From NCBI GenBank assembly GCA_028712125.1, contig JAQTQS010000024.1:1-20035 (forward strand): DNA of 20,035 nt, given 5' to 3'. This DNA is from Candidatus Altiarchaeota archaeon. Its GTDB lineage: Archaea; Altiarchaeota; Altiarchaeia; IMC4; SCGC-AAA252-I15. The position numbers and the translations under genes were made by a program. Positions 7,679-16,778 of the stretch are shown piece by piece (position 1 is the first letter of the stretch; each line of letters starts with the position of its first letter). The notes beneath the pieces are model-generated. The model did no database searches. It saw only the letters and a program-made list of their open reading frames with translations, and was not told the DNA's origin.

Positions 7679-8698
7679 ATGGTTGAGGATATTTTACAAA
7701 AGCTTGTCGAAGGCATCGACTTGAGCCGCGAGGAGGCTGAATCGGCCATGGAGGGAATCATGGCAGGGACGCTTACAGACGCCCAGAAGGCCGGCTTCCT
7801 GACCGCTTTGAAGATGAAGGGGGAGACCGCTCTGGAGATTGCTTCCATGGCGCGCATAATGCGCAAGCATGCGGCGACTATAAAGCCGAAGGTCAAGGGA
7901 ATATTGGTTGACACCTGCGGTACCGGGGGCGACAGGAAGGGTACAATAAACGTTTCCACTGCAGCAATGTTCGTCGCGGCCGGAGCCGGAATTCCGATTG
8001 CGAAGCACGGCAACCGAGGGGTGAGCAGCGGATGCGGGAGCGCGGACGTGCTCGAAGCATTGGGCGTGAAGGTCGACCTCCCGCCTGAAAAGGTTATAAG
8101 GTGCATCGAGGACATGGGCATCGGCTTCATGCTCGCGCCGGTATTCCACGCGGCTATGAAGAACGTGATGCCGGTGAGAAAACAGCTCGGGTTCAGGACG
8201 GCTTTCAACATCCTCGGGCCGCTGACCAATCCCGCGGGGGCAGAGGGGCAGGTGCTCGGCGTCTTTGAAGGCGGCCTGACCAATAAGATGGCCGAAGTGT
8301 TGATGCTGCTTGGCGTAAGGCACGCGTTCGTAGTCCACGGGATGGAAGGATTGGACGAGATTTCTATTTCGGACGAGACGATGGTCTCGGAGCTTAGCGA
8401 CGGGGGAATAAGGAATTACACCATAAAGCCTGAAGACTTCGGATTCGAGAGGGCCGTCCTCGGCGAAATCAAGGGCGGCTCGAAAGAGGAGAACGCACGC
8501 TTACTGATGGGAATACTCGACGGCAGCATAACAGGGCCGAAAAGGGACATCGTGCTCTTGAACGCCGCGGCCGCAATAACCGCAGGCGGCAAGGCTAATG
8601 GCATGAAGGACGCGGTCAGGCTCGCTGAAAAGTCGATAGACAGCATGAGCGCGCTTGAAAAGCTGGAAAGCCTGACAGGGTATTGCGCAAAAATCTGA
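7679..8698 (+). CDS. trpD: Anthranilate phosphoribosyltransferase
   Basis: The motifs DTCGTGGDRKGTINVSTAAMFVAAGAG (GTGGD PRPP-binding) and AKHGNRGVSSGCGSADVLEALGV (KHGNR) are collinear with bacterial TrpD. The start is taken at ATG 7679 (the ORF-track start at 7676 is TTG). No other trp genes are in the window. Confidence 0.88.
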   Translation: MVEDILQKLVEGIDLSREEAESAMEGIMAGTLTDAQKAGFLTALKMKGETALEIASMARIMRKHAATIKPKVKGILVDTCGTGGDRKGTINVSTAAMFVAAGAGIPIAKHGNRGVSSGCGSADVLEALGVKVDLPPEKVIRCIEDMGIGFMLAPVFHAAMKNVMPVRKQLGFRTAFNILGPLTNPAGAEGQVLGVFEGGLTNKMAEVLMLLGVRHAFVVHGMEGLDEISISDETMVSELSDGGIRNYTIKPEDFGFERAVLGEIKGGSKEENARLLMGILDGSITGPKRDIVLLNAAAAITAGGKANGMKDAVRLAEKSIDSMSALEKLESLTGYCAKI

Positions 8699-8710
8699 TA
8701 GTAATGCACT

Positions 8711-8731
8711 CCGGAACGTCACGCCTTCCGG
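8711..8731 (+). terminator. Hairpin CCGGAA-n9-TTCCGG downstream of trpD, followed by a weak T-run
   Basis: A 6-bp GC-rich inverted repeat lies 13 nt after the trpD stop, with GTGTTTTA about 25 nt further on. Its terminator function is speculative. Confidence 0.25.
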
Positions 8732-8782
8732 CCGCAGGCAAACAGACTTGTAAGCGGGTGTTTTACGAACCGCCTAATCTGA

Positions 8783-8790
8783 TATTTAAA
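8783..8790 (+). promoter_or_regulatory. TATA-like box for the stomatin operon
   Basis: TATTTAAA is centred 26 bp upstream of ATG 8813. It predicts a leaderless transcript starting at the start codon. Confidence 0.45.
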
Positions 8791-8812
8791 ACCAGCGGGT
8801 AATACTTATATA

Positions 8813-9613
8813 ATGGCAGTCGAAGACGTTTGCGGGACGATTTTCTCCCTTGTGTTCATGATAATCCCGCTGATGGTCTTTTTCATACCCGGCCTGCTTT
8901 TCGTCCTCGGCATCCTTGGGACTTTCATAAAGGTCATAGCCCAGTACGAGCGCGGCATACTCTTCGCCTTCGGTCGTTTCGTGGACGTGCGAAAACCGGG
9001 CCTGAACATCATCATACCGTTCTACAACCGGATGGAAATCATCGACATGCGGATTAACACGCTCGACGTCCCGAAGCAGGAGGTCATGACCAAGGACAGC
9101 GTGCCGGTGAAAATAAACGCGGTGATATACTTCAGGGTGAAAGACCCGAAGAGAGCACTCCGGAACGTCGAGAACTACATGTACGCGGTCGCCAAATACG
9201 GGCAGACGGCGCTGCGAAACGTGGCGGGCGATGCGACACTGGACGCGCTCCTGAGCGAAAGAAAGGAGATAGCCGAAAAGCTTCGCCAGATAGTCGACGT
9301 CGCGACCGAACCTTGGGGGATAGACGTCACATACCTCGAGCTGCAGGACATAGAGCTTCCGGAAAGCCTCAAGCGCACGATGGCCAAGCAGGCCGAGGCC
9401 GAGCGGGAGAAGAGGTCAGTCATAATCGCCTCCGAGGGCGAGGTCATAGCCTCAGACAACCTTGTGAAAGCCGCGAACATCCTCTACAACGTGAAGGGCG
9501 CGCTGCACCTCCGGACGCTTAACGCCCTCAACGACATCAGCTCTGACGAGACCAACAAGGTCGTGTTCGTAGTCCCCTTGGAAGTATTGCGGGCGCTGGA
9601 GGAGGTGGACTAA
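8813..9613 (+). CDS. Stomatin-family SPFH/band-7 protein, membrane-anchored (266 aa)
   Basis: The N-terminal hydrophobic helix (IFSLVFMIIPLMVFFIPGLLFVLGILGTFI) is followed by the stomatin core IAQYERGILFAFGRF...PKQEVMTKDSVPVKINAVIYFRV...AKYGQTALRNV...LLSERKEIAEKLRQ...ELQDIELPESLKRTMAKQAEAEREKR...GALHLRTLNAL. Confidence 0.88.
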   Translation: MAVEDVCGTIFSLVFMIIPLMVFFIPGLLFVLGILGTFIKVIAQYERGILFAFGRFVDVRKPGLNIIIPFYNRMEIIDMRINTLDVPKQEVMTKDSVPVKINAVIYFRVKDPKRALRNVENYMYAVAKYGQTALRNVAGDATLDALLSERKEIAEKLRQIVDVATEPWGIDVTYLELQDIELPESLKRTMAKQAEAEREKRSVIIASEGEVIASDNLVKAANILYNVKGALHLRTLNALNDISSDETNKVVFVVPLEVLRALEEVD

Positions 9614-9615
9614 AG

Positions 9616-10359
9616 ATGGGCCTTTCATTATTCAAAATAATCAACCAGTACGAGAGAGGAGTATTATTCGCCTTCGGGGAGTATGAAGGCATGCGCGAGC
9701 CCGGCTTCAATTTCCTCATACCGATTTACCACGACCTTGTCATCGTCGACACGCGCATCAAGACGGTGGACATCCCGAAACAGGAGGTCATGACAAGGGA
9801 CAACGTGCCGGTCATGATAAACGCGGTCGTCTACTTCAGGATAGAGCAGCCGGAAAAGGCAGTAATTGAAGTCCGCGACGTAATCTACGCGGTCTCGAAA
9901 TACGCCCAGACAAGCCTGCGCAACGTCACAGGCCAGGCAACCCTTGACGAGCTATTGTCGGCCCGCCAGAAAATCGCAGAAAAACTCAGGGAGATAGTTG
10001 ACGTCGTAACACAGCAGTGGGGCGTGGACGTCACGGCCATCGAACTCCAGGACATCGAACTGCCTGAAGACCTGAAGAGGACGATGGCCAAACAGGCCGA
10101 GGCCGAGCGGGAGAAGCGTGCGGTAATCCTCAACAGCGAGGGAGAGGTCGGCGCTGCCGAGAACATTGCGAAGGCCGCCAAGAAATTGTACGCGGCCCCG
10201 GGAGCGCTGCACCTGCGGACTTTGCACACTATCAATGACATAAGCTCTGACAAATCGCAGACGGTGATTTACGCACTGCCGATAGAGGTTCTCAGGGCTG
10301 TTGAACGGCTGGTAGACCTGCTGGAGATAAAGACAGGGCAAAGGCAGACTAAAAAGTAG
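9616..10359 (+). CDS. Stomatin-family SPFH/band-7 paralog lacking an N-terminal TM helix (247 aa)
   Basis: It starts 2 nt after the stop of the first stomatin. It has the same domain order (NQYERGVLFAFGEY...PKQEVMTRDNVPVMINAVVYFRI...ELQDIELPEDLKRTMAKQAEAEREKR...GALHLRTL). There is no hydrophobic segment before the SPFH core. A 36-nt stretch (10081..10116) is identical to 9378..9413 at 35 of 36 positions. Confidence 0.88.
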   Translation: MGLSLFKIINQYERGVLFAFGEYEGMREPGFNFLIPIYHDLVIVDTRIKTVDIPKQEVMTRDNVPVMINAVVYFRIEQPEKAVIEVRDVIYAVSKYAQTSLRNVTGQATLDELLSARQKIAEKLREIVDVVTQQWGVDVTAIELQDIELPEDLKRTMAKQAEAEREKRAVILNSEGEVGAAENIAKAAKKLYAAPGALHLRTLHTINDISSDKSQTVIYALPIEVLRAVERLVDLLEIKTGQRQTKK

Positions 10360-10370
10360 AAGTCAAGAAA

Positions 10371-10703
10371 ATGGCTACTGAATTCCAGATGGCGACAATG
10401 GCCGGGACGATAACAGCGGCCTTTGCCATAATGATCGGCGGTTTCTGGGTTAAGGCGTCTAGCGGGGGCATAAAGATACCGGGAGTCAGGAAGGTCTTAG
10501 AGTGGGCGTTCGGCGGAAACCAGCCGGTAGCGCGCATCGCAATGTTCATCGGCTTCGCGCTCTCGGCGGTCGCGGTCACCTTCTTCTCGAAATGGATACG
10601 CTCCCAATTAGACCACGCCGGGATAGGCCTTGAACAGGAGGCTGTGGTTACAGTCATGATGGTCGTGGTACTGTACTTCCTGTACGACTTCTTCATCAAT
10701 TAG
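10371..10703 (+). CDS. Small (110 aa) 3-TM membrane protein of unknown function, third gene of the stomatin operon
   Basis: There are three hydrophobic segments (AGTITAAFAIMIGGFWV, AMFIGFALSAVAVTFF, VVTVMMVVVLYFLYDFF). It starts 11 nt after the stomatin-2 stop. I recognise no family; it does not resemble NfeD. Confidence 0.5.
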   Translation: MATEFQMATMAGTITAAFAIMIGGFWVKASSGGIKIPGVRKVLEWAFGGNQPVARIAMFIGFALSAVAVTFFSKWIRSQLDHAGIGLEQEAVVTVMMVVVLYFLYDFFIN

Positions 10704-10742
10704 ACTGGCTTGTAGGATATCTGGAAAAGATATTGGGAATGG

Positions 10743-11126
10743 CTAATTCTTACCAAGAATACGTAATGCCAGCAGTCCGGCATTCGTCCCGTTGTCTATT
10801 CCGACGCACGCCACCGGCACTCCTTTCGGCATCTGGGCTATGGCCAGCAGCGCGTCAAGGCCGTTGAGCTTCCCTGAGACTGGCACGCCGATGACTGGTT
10901 TTTTCGTGTGTGATGCGACGACGCCGGGGAGCGCGGCGCTGAGGCCTGCGATGCATATGAATACTTTCGCGTCGGATTTCTTTATCAGCTCGCGGAGGCG
11001 GTCCGGCTCGCGGTGGGCCGAGCAGATTTCGGTCGTATAAGACGCCTTGTCTTTCAGCGCGTCCTCTGTTTTTTTGATTACTTCCTCGTCGCTGCTGCTT
11101 CCCGCGATTATTAATACGTCGGCCAT
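10743..11126 (-). CDS. purE: N5-carboxyaminoimidazole ribonucleotide mutase / AIR carboxylase catalytic subunit PurE (short archaeal form, 127 aa)
   Basis: [19 protein letters not shown]...[11 protein letters not shown]...[30 protein letters not shown]...[18 protein letters not shown] is collinear with the PurE core (vaIvMGSkSD....SAHRtP......iiAgAGgAAhLPGmvAa.T..PViGVPv...L.SivQMP.GiPV.t..ig). The ORF-track N-terminal extension to 11531 is an antisense read-through of dapB and is trimmed here. Confidence 0.8.
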   Translation of the reverse strand: MADVLIIAGSSSDEEVIKKTEDALKDKASYTTEICSAHREPDRLRELIKKSDAKVFICIAGLSAALPGVVASHTKKPVIGVPVSGKLNGLDALLAIAQMPKGVPVACVGIDNGTNAGLLALRILGKN

Positions 11127-11160
11127 AATATCTATTAAGACGATGGTGATAAAAGTCGCG
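11107..11160. promoter_or_regulatory. Compact bidirectional promoter. The dapB TATA (ATTATTAATA, 11107..11116) lies inside the purE 5' codons, and the purE TATA (rc CTTTTATCA, about 11147..11155) lies inside the dapB 5' codons.
   Basis: Only 16 bp separate the purE start (11126, -) from the dapB start (11143, +). Each TATA-like element sits about 27 bp from the opposite start codon, predicting two leaderless divergent mRNAs. Confidence 0.4.
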
Positions 11161-11952
11161 GTGGTCGGGGTCGGGCGGACTGGAAGCCTTGTGGCGCGAA
11201 GATTGTTCGACCGCAGGTTCCAGGTCGTCGCGGCCTTTGCAGGGCCGCAGGACCAGGCGGTGGGCACTGACTTGGGCGAGACTGTGGGCTGCGCGCTGGC
11301 CGGGATTAACGTGAACAGTTCGGCCGAGCTTGGCGAGATATTGGATGCCGTGAAGCCCGATGTCGTCGTGGATTTCACCAGCGCCGACGCCTTTGCCGGC
11401 AACCTCCCGGTCTTTGCGGCAAGGAAGCTTAACCTGGTGGTCGGCACCACCGGCTTTAATGAAAAGCAGATGGCGTCGATACACGACATAATTATGAAGA
11501 ATAACATGGGAGCGGTTTTCTCGCCGAACATGAGCGTTGGCGTGAACGTATTCTGGAAATTGTGCCAGGAGGCCGCTAAAAGCCTGAAGGGCTATGACGT
11601 TGAAATCATCGACAAGCACCACCGGTTCAAGAAGGACGCGCCCAGCGGGACGGCCTTGAAGGCCGCGCAGATTATCGCCGAGACGCAAGGGTTATCCCAG
11701 AAGGATTTCGTCTACGGCCGGCAGGGAGCGTCGCTTCGTAAGGACGGCGACATAGGCATTCATGCGATAAGGGCCGGGAACATCGCGGGAGAGCATACGG
11801 TGATATTCGCCTCGCAGAACGAGAGGGTCGAACTGACGCACATAGCCCACAGCAGGGAGGCTTTCGCCGACGGCGTGCCGAAGGCGGTGGAATTCATCAA
11901 AGGCAGGAAGGGCATCTACGACATGAGCGACGTGCTCGCGCTGGATATCTGA
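11143..11952 (+). CDS. dapB: 4-hydroxy-tetrahydrodipicolinate reductase
   Basis: The N-terminal [21 protein letters not shown] is a Rossmann GxxGxxG, followed by collinear DapB motifs (VVDFTSADA...VVGTTGF...[11 protein letters not shown]...[18 protein letters not shown]). The start is moved to ATG 11143; the upstream part of the track ORF is S/L-rich low complexity that overlaps purE. Confidence 0.88.
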   Translation: MVIKVAVVGVGRTGSLVARRLFDRRFQVVAAFAGPQDQAVGTDLGETVGCALAGINVNSSAELGEILDAVKPDVVVDFTSADAFAGNLPVFAARKLNLVVGTTGFNEKQMASIHDIIMKNNMGAVFSPNMSVGVNVFWKLCQEAAKSLKGYDVEIIDKHHRFKKDAPSGTALKAAQIIAETQGLSQKDFVYGRQGASLRKDGDIGIHAIRAGNIAGEHTVIFASQNERVELTHIAHSREAFADGVPKAVEFIKGRKGIYDMSDVLALDI

Positions 11953-11975
11953 AGAAACTTAATAAATTATATATG

Positions 11976-12347
11976 TTATTTAGACTTTAGGAATTTTTCA
12001 TATTCCGTTATAGAGTCGAACACTATTGGAATGCCATCATAACCGCATTTCTGGCATGTGCAAATTCCCATTACCGGACCGTCTTTCTTAAGCCAGTATT
12101 TCGTATGCTTGAAGGGAGATACATCACGGCTTCCACACCTTGTACACGCCGTTATTTCATTTAAAACGGGCTTCTTCCTTGCAGATTCATCCTCTTTGGT
12201 GCATAGGCCGAGTATCACATCAAAAAATAAAAACCATAAAGAAAGGAAGAGTCCTGAGAATATCAATTTGGCCGCAGAATCCTCGGCACTATAAAGCCAT
12301 ATTATCGCAGCTATCAACAACCCGATTGAAGTAGTTACCATGCTCAT
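11976..12347 (-). CDS. Membrane protein with 2 TM helices and a C-terminal C4 zinc-ribbon (CxxC...CxxC), unknown function
   Basis: The hydrophobic helices are SIGLLIAAIIWLY and LIFSGLFLSLWFLFFDVILGL. The zinc ribbon is ACTRCGSRD...ICTCQKCGY. The start is uncertain. ATG 12347 is used here; the in-frame GTG at 12392 would overlap the Rpp30 stop by 10 nt, a coupling-type overlap. Confidence 0.5.
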   Translation of the reverse strand: MSMVTTSIGLLIAAIIWLYSAEDSAAKLIFSGLFLSLWFLFFDVILGLCTKEDESARKKPVLNEITACTRCGSRDVSPFKHTKYWLKKDGPVMGICTCQKCGYDGIPIVFDSITEYEKFLKSK

Positions 12348-12382
12348 CTTTTTTGGTTTTCCGGATTCAGAGCGAAGGAACT

Positions 12383-13138
12383 CTAGTACCACCCGTACTT
12401 TCTTTTCGGCTCTTTCGGCTTCTGGCCGCCCCAGTCCGTCACTTCAAGGCCTTTGAGGAGTATGTTCGGGTTTTTCCTGTCTTTCATCTTGGAGACGACT
12501 TTTCTCGGATAGCTTGAGACGACTTTGCTGGCGTCGTGCTCCGGTATGCCGATGAGCCGGCCGGCTGCCGCAAGGTCCAGCGGCGCGCGAATTCCCAGAG
12601 TGTCGCGGGCGCCGGAGGCGAGGACGATTGGCACATGGTATTTCAATGCGACCTTGACGTTCTGCCTTATGCGGCCTGCGAGCTGGGCGTACCACCTGCC
12701 CGTGCAGGATAAGAGTTGCGAGAAGTCTATGCCGAGCGCTGTCCCGCGTTCGGCCATCATGGCTGCCATGACGTGGTCGAGTCCCGCGTTCTTGCTGTCT
12801 ATATTGTCTTTTTCGCGGCCTTTTTCCGGGTGCAATAGGATGTCTACTTCGTGGCATTCGGCCGCTGCGCGGTTGGCATCGTCGCTTCCGCCGGCTGCGA
12901 TGATTATGTCGGCGGCGTCAAGGGCTTTTCTCGCGTTTTTCTCTATGTCCTGGGTTATTATTGCGCCGTTGTAGACTTCCATCCCGCCGATTTTCGGTGG
13001 AAGGCTTGGCATTTTAGCGCCGGTGTATTCCCGTGCCACGCAGACGCCTGTCCAGCCGCATGCGGCAAGCCTGTCCAATGCCTCGGTACCGGGCGTCCTG
13101 ACGCAGAGGTCGTAGCAGGCCCGATTTTTCTTATCCAT
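12383..13138 (-). CDS. rnp3: Ribonuclease P protein component 3 (Rpp30/Rnp3, TIM-barrel PHP-like) with a Lys-rich C-terminal tail
   Basis: ...DIIIAAGGSDDANRAAAE..VDILLHPEKGR...GLDHVMAAMMAERGTALGIDFSQLL...KYHVPIVLASGARDTLGIRAPLDLAAAGRLIGI...VVSSYPRKVV is collinear with Pyrococcus Rpp30 (VDAIISPW...[21 protein letters not shown]...[29 protein letters not shown]...ISMYPEII). The extra tail is KMKDRKNPNILLKG...KPKEPKRKYGWY. Confidence 0.75.
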   Translation of the reverse strand: MDKKNRACYDLCVRTPGTEALDRLAACGWTGVCVAREYTGAKMPSLPPKIGGMEVYNGAIITQDIEKNARKALDAADIIIAAGGSDDANRAAAECHEVDILLHPEKGREKDNIDSKNAGLDHVMAAMMAERGTALGIDFSQLLSCTGRWYAQLAGRIRQNVKVALKYHVPIVLASGARDTLGIRAPLDLAAAGRLIGIPEHDASKVVSSYPRKVVSKMKDRKNPNILLKGLEVTDWGGQKPKEPKRKYGWY

Positions 13139-13574
13139 CTTTGCCTATGAGTTCCTGTGCGATACTGAGCGCGTTTTCCATGCTCTTCGGGAAGCATGCG
13201 AGCTTGACTTTAAGGTGTATCGGGTCGCGGGTGTACAATGCAATCTTGCCCTCCGAAAGCTGTTTCTTGCCGAGCATGATGTAGAGGTTGCAGTCCTCGT
13301 CTATGCGCGCCGCTAGACTGTTTGCCAGCTCTTTACGGCCTTCAACGCCAAGGCCGCCGAGTATCTTCTCTAGGAAGAGTTCGGCCTTTTTCGCAGGCGA
13401 GACGACCGCCTTTAGGGAGTACAGCGGCGTGGTGAATACGCAGCCGTCGGTCTCAGGCTCCAATCTCTCCTCGCATAGTTCAGCTTCGGGGAGCAGGCCG
13501 GCCAAAAGCCGCCTGCCTTCGGCCAGCGCCTCCTCCCTGAAGAATCCTGAGACCGTTATGTGGTGGACTTTCAT
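13131..13574 (-). CDS. Hypothetical protein (147 aa), translationally coupled upstream of Rpp30
   Basis: Complete ORF. Its stop overlaps the Rpp30 start by 8 nt (ATGGATAA). The opposite strand encodes only a Ser-rich low-complexity ORF. I recognise no family with confidence. An N-terminal HHITVSGFF resembles a single 2H-phosphoesterase HxTx motif, but no second motif is present. Confidence 0.45.
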   Translation of the reverse strand: MKVHHITVSGFFREEALAEGRRLLAGLLPEAELCEERLEPETDGCVFTTPLYSLKAVVSPAKKAELFLEKILGGLGVEGRKELANSLAARIDEDCNLYIMLGKKQLSEGKIALYTRDPIHLKVKLACFPKSMENALSIAQELIGKDG

Positions 13575-13603
13575 CTGCCATTGGCCGGCTTATCGCATGG
13601 CAT

Positions 13604-14446
13604 CTACGGTTCGGTGCTTGTTTCCTCGTTTGCATACGTGGAAATGTCGAACAGCATGTTGCTTCCCCCGCCGTTGACCATCACCTTCGGCAGGTGGCCG
13701 TCCCATTTCTCGGCAATCGTCAGCGGAATCAGCTTCTCGTTCTGCTTCAATGCCTCGGCACGTATGGATATCGCCTCAGCTTCGGCCTTTGCACGGATTA
13801 CCGTCTGGTTGGCCTCGACCCTTATCCTCTCGAGGTCCCGGTCGGCCTTGAGCTTAAGCTGCTCGGCCGTGACCTTCGCCTCTATCGCGTCGTTGAAGGA
13901 CCTGCTGAACTGGAAGTTCGTGATTGACATCGTCTCCACGAGGATGTAGCGCGGGGCCAGCTTTTGGCTGATGGACTCCCTTATCTTCACGGCGACGTCA
14001 TCCCTCTTGGTTATCAGTTCTTCGGCCGTGAATTGCGCCGTGATTGCCTTCACGCTCTCCTTGATGGCGGGGTCTATGACAGTTAATTCATAGCCGGGGC
14101 CTATCTCCTGGAACACCCTCTGGGCGGCGTCGGGCGAGATGTGGTAGTTTAACGCGATTGCCGTGTTCACAATCTGCATGTCCTTCGAGCTTGCTTCGGT
14201 CGTGTCCTCCATCTTCTGCGTCTTGATGTTGATGATGACGACGGACTGCACCAGCGGCATCTTAACGTGTATCCCCTCGGTGTAGGAGTACTGCGCGACT
14301 TCGCCGAACGTCATCAAAACGCCCCTCTCCCCGGGGCCGACGATGAAGTAACAGTTCCTCAACAGGGTTACGAATATTACCGCGGCTATTAATCCTATCA
14401 ATAGTCTTAATGCCGGGCTCATTGGTTCGTCAAATTTTGCTGTCAT
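13604..14446 (-). CDS. Prohibitin/HflC-like SPFH (band 7) membrane protein, 280 aa
   Basis: An N-terminal TM helix (LRLLIGLIAAVIFVTLL) is followed by an SPFH core (FIVGPGERGVLMTFGEV...IKTQKMEDTTEASSKDMQIV...AQFTAEELITKRDDV) and a C-terminal coiled coil (AEQLKLKADRDLERIRVEANQTVIRAKAEAEAISIRAEALKQNEK). Confidence 0.8.
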   Translation of the reverse strand: MTAKFDEPMSPALRLLIGLIAAVIFVTLLRNCYFIVGPGERGVLMTFGEVAQYSYTEGIHVKMPLVQSVVIINIKTQKMEDTTEASSKDMQIVNTAIALNYHISPDAAQRVFQEIGPGYELTVIDPAIKESVKAITAQFTAEELITKRDDVAVKIRESISQKLAPRYILVETMSITNFQFSRSFNDAIEAKVTAEQLKLKADRDLERIRVEANQTVIRAKAEAEAISIRAEALKQNEKLIPLTIAEKWDGHLPKVMVNGGGSNMLFDISTYANEETSTEP

Positions 14447-14450
14447 TTTT

Positions 14451-14480
14451 CCTCCTCACAATTTTTTTATATTTTTTTCT
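14451..14480 (-). promoter_or_regulatory. Promoter and RBS of the prohibitin-like gene. The mRNA-strand GGAGGA Shine-Dalgarno lies 5-6 nt before the ATG. The mRNA-strand AAATATAAAAAAA TATA-like box is at 14461..14480.
   Basis: The reverse complement of 14447..14480 reads agaaaaaaatataaaaaaattgtgaggaggaaaa followed by ATG. Confidence 0.5.
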
Positions 14481-14495
14481 ATGCCGGTTTTTCGG

Positions 14496-16550
<2,055 letters not shown>

Positions 16551-16745
16551 GGTATCATTATAGGTTTATTGCGGAATAAAAAGAGGTGCGGCAGGCTTAG
16601 GGTTTGGCGTCGAGCGCGTTTTTAGGGAGCGTTTTAGAGGAGCCGGCCGGATGGTTCCCGTAACGGTAGTGAAACGGTCATTTCATCGTGGATTGGGGCT
16701 CAAGTGCCTCGGCCGGCCTTCGGGCATTATTTAATAGGAACGTCC

Positions 16746-16762
16746 ATATACATAGATATTTT
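16746..16762 (+). promoter_or_regulatory. TATA-like element for the UPF0147 gene
   Basis: atatacatagatatttt lies about 25 bp upstream of ATG 16779. Confidence 0.35.
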
Positions 16763-16778
16763 GTTTTGTGAATTTGAG

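Noticed and set aside
7457-7686. A possible 76-aa Cys-rich small ORF (MGRYCLLGMPCRGW...CPFNCPF...) with a GGGGAG SD-like element 8 nt upstream, in the long trpD upstream region
   Set aside because: Its 3' half is translated from the 30%-GC promoter DNA (Phe/Ile-rich) and overlaps the trpD TATA box and start codon. It is most likely spurious, and was not promoted to a feature.
7645-8338. Two roughly 213-aa minus-strand ORFs antisense to trpD
   Set aside because: They are low-complexity (A/P/S-rich or R/H-rich). trpD on the plus strand has all catalytic motifs.
8706-9170. An exact 15-nt repeat GCACTCCGGAACGTC in the trpD-stomatin spacer (8706..8720) and inside stomatin-1 (9156..9170)
   Set aside because: A single exact 15-mer pair is expected by chance at roughly 0.4-0.7 occurrences in 20 kb on two strands. 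There is no supporting structure.
10855-11688. A 277-aa minus-strand ORF antisense to dapB. Also the N-terminal extensions of purE (to 11531) and dapB (from 11047) in the ORF track.
   Set aside because: The antisense ORF is R-rich. The extensions are read-throughs into the opposite gene. Conserved N-termini begin at 11126 (purE) and 11143 (dapB).
13131-13574. The 147-aa protein as a LigT/2H phosphoesterase, based on HHITVSGFF
   Set aside because: Only one HxTx motif is present, and it sits at residue 5. The second position has HLKV, not HxT/S. The protein is 30-40 aa shorter than LigT, and no upstream extension is possible.
16601-16740. A C/D-box or H/ACA sRNA in the metG/UPF0147 spacer
   Set aside because: No RUGAUGA/CUGA box pair and no ACA-terminated hairpin could be found on either strand. 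The region is kept only as a generic structured-RNA candidate in the findings.
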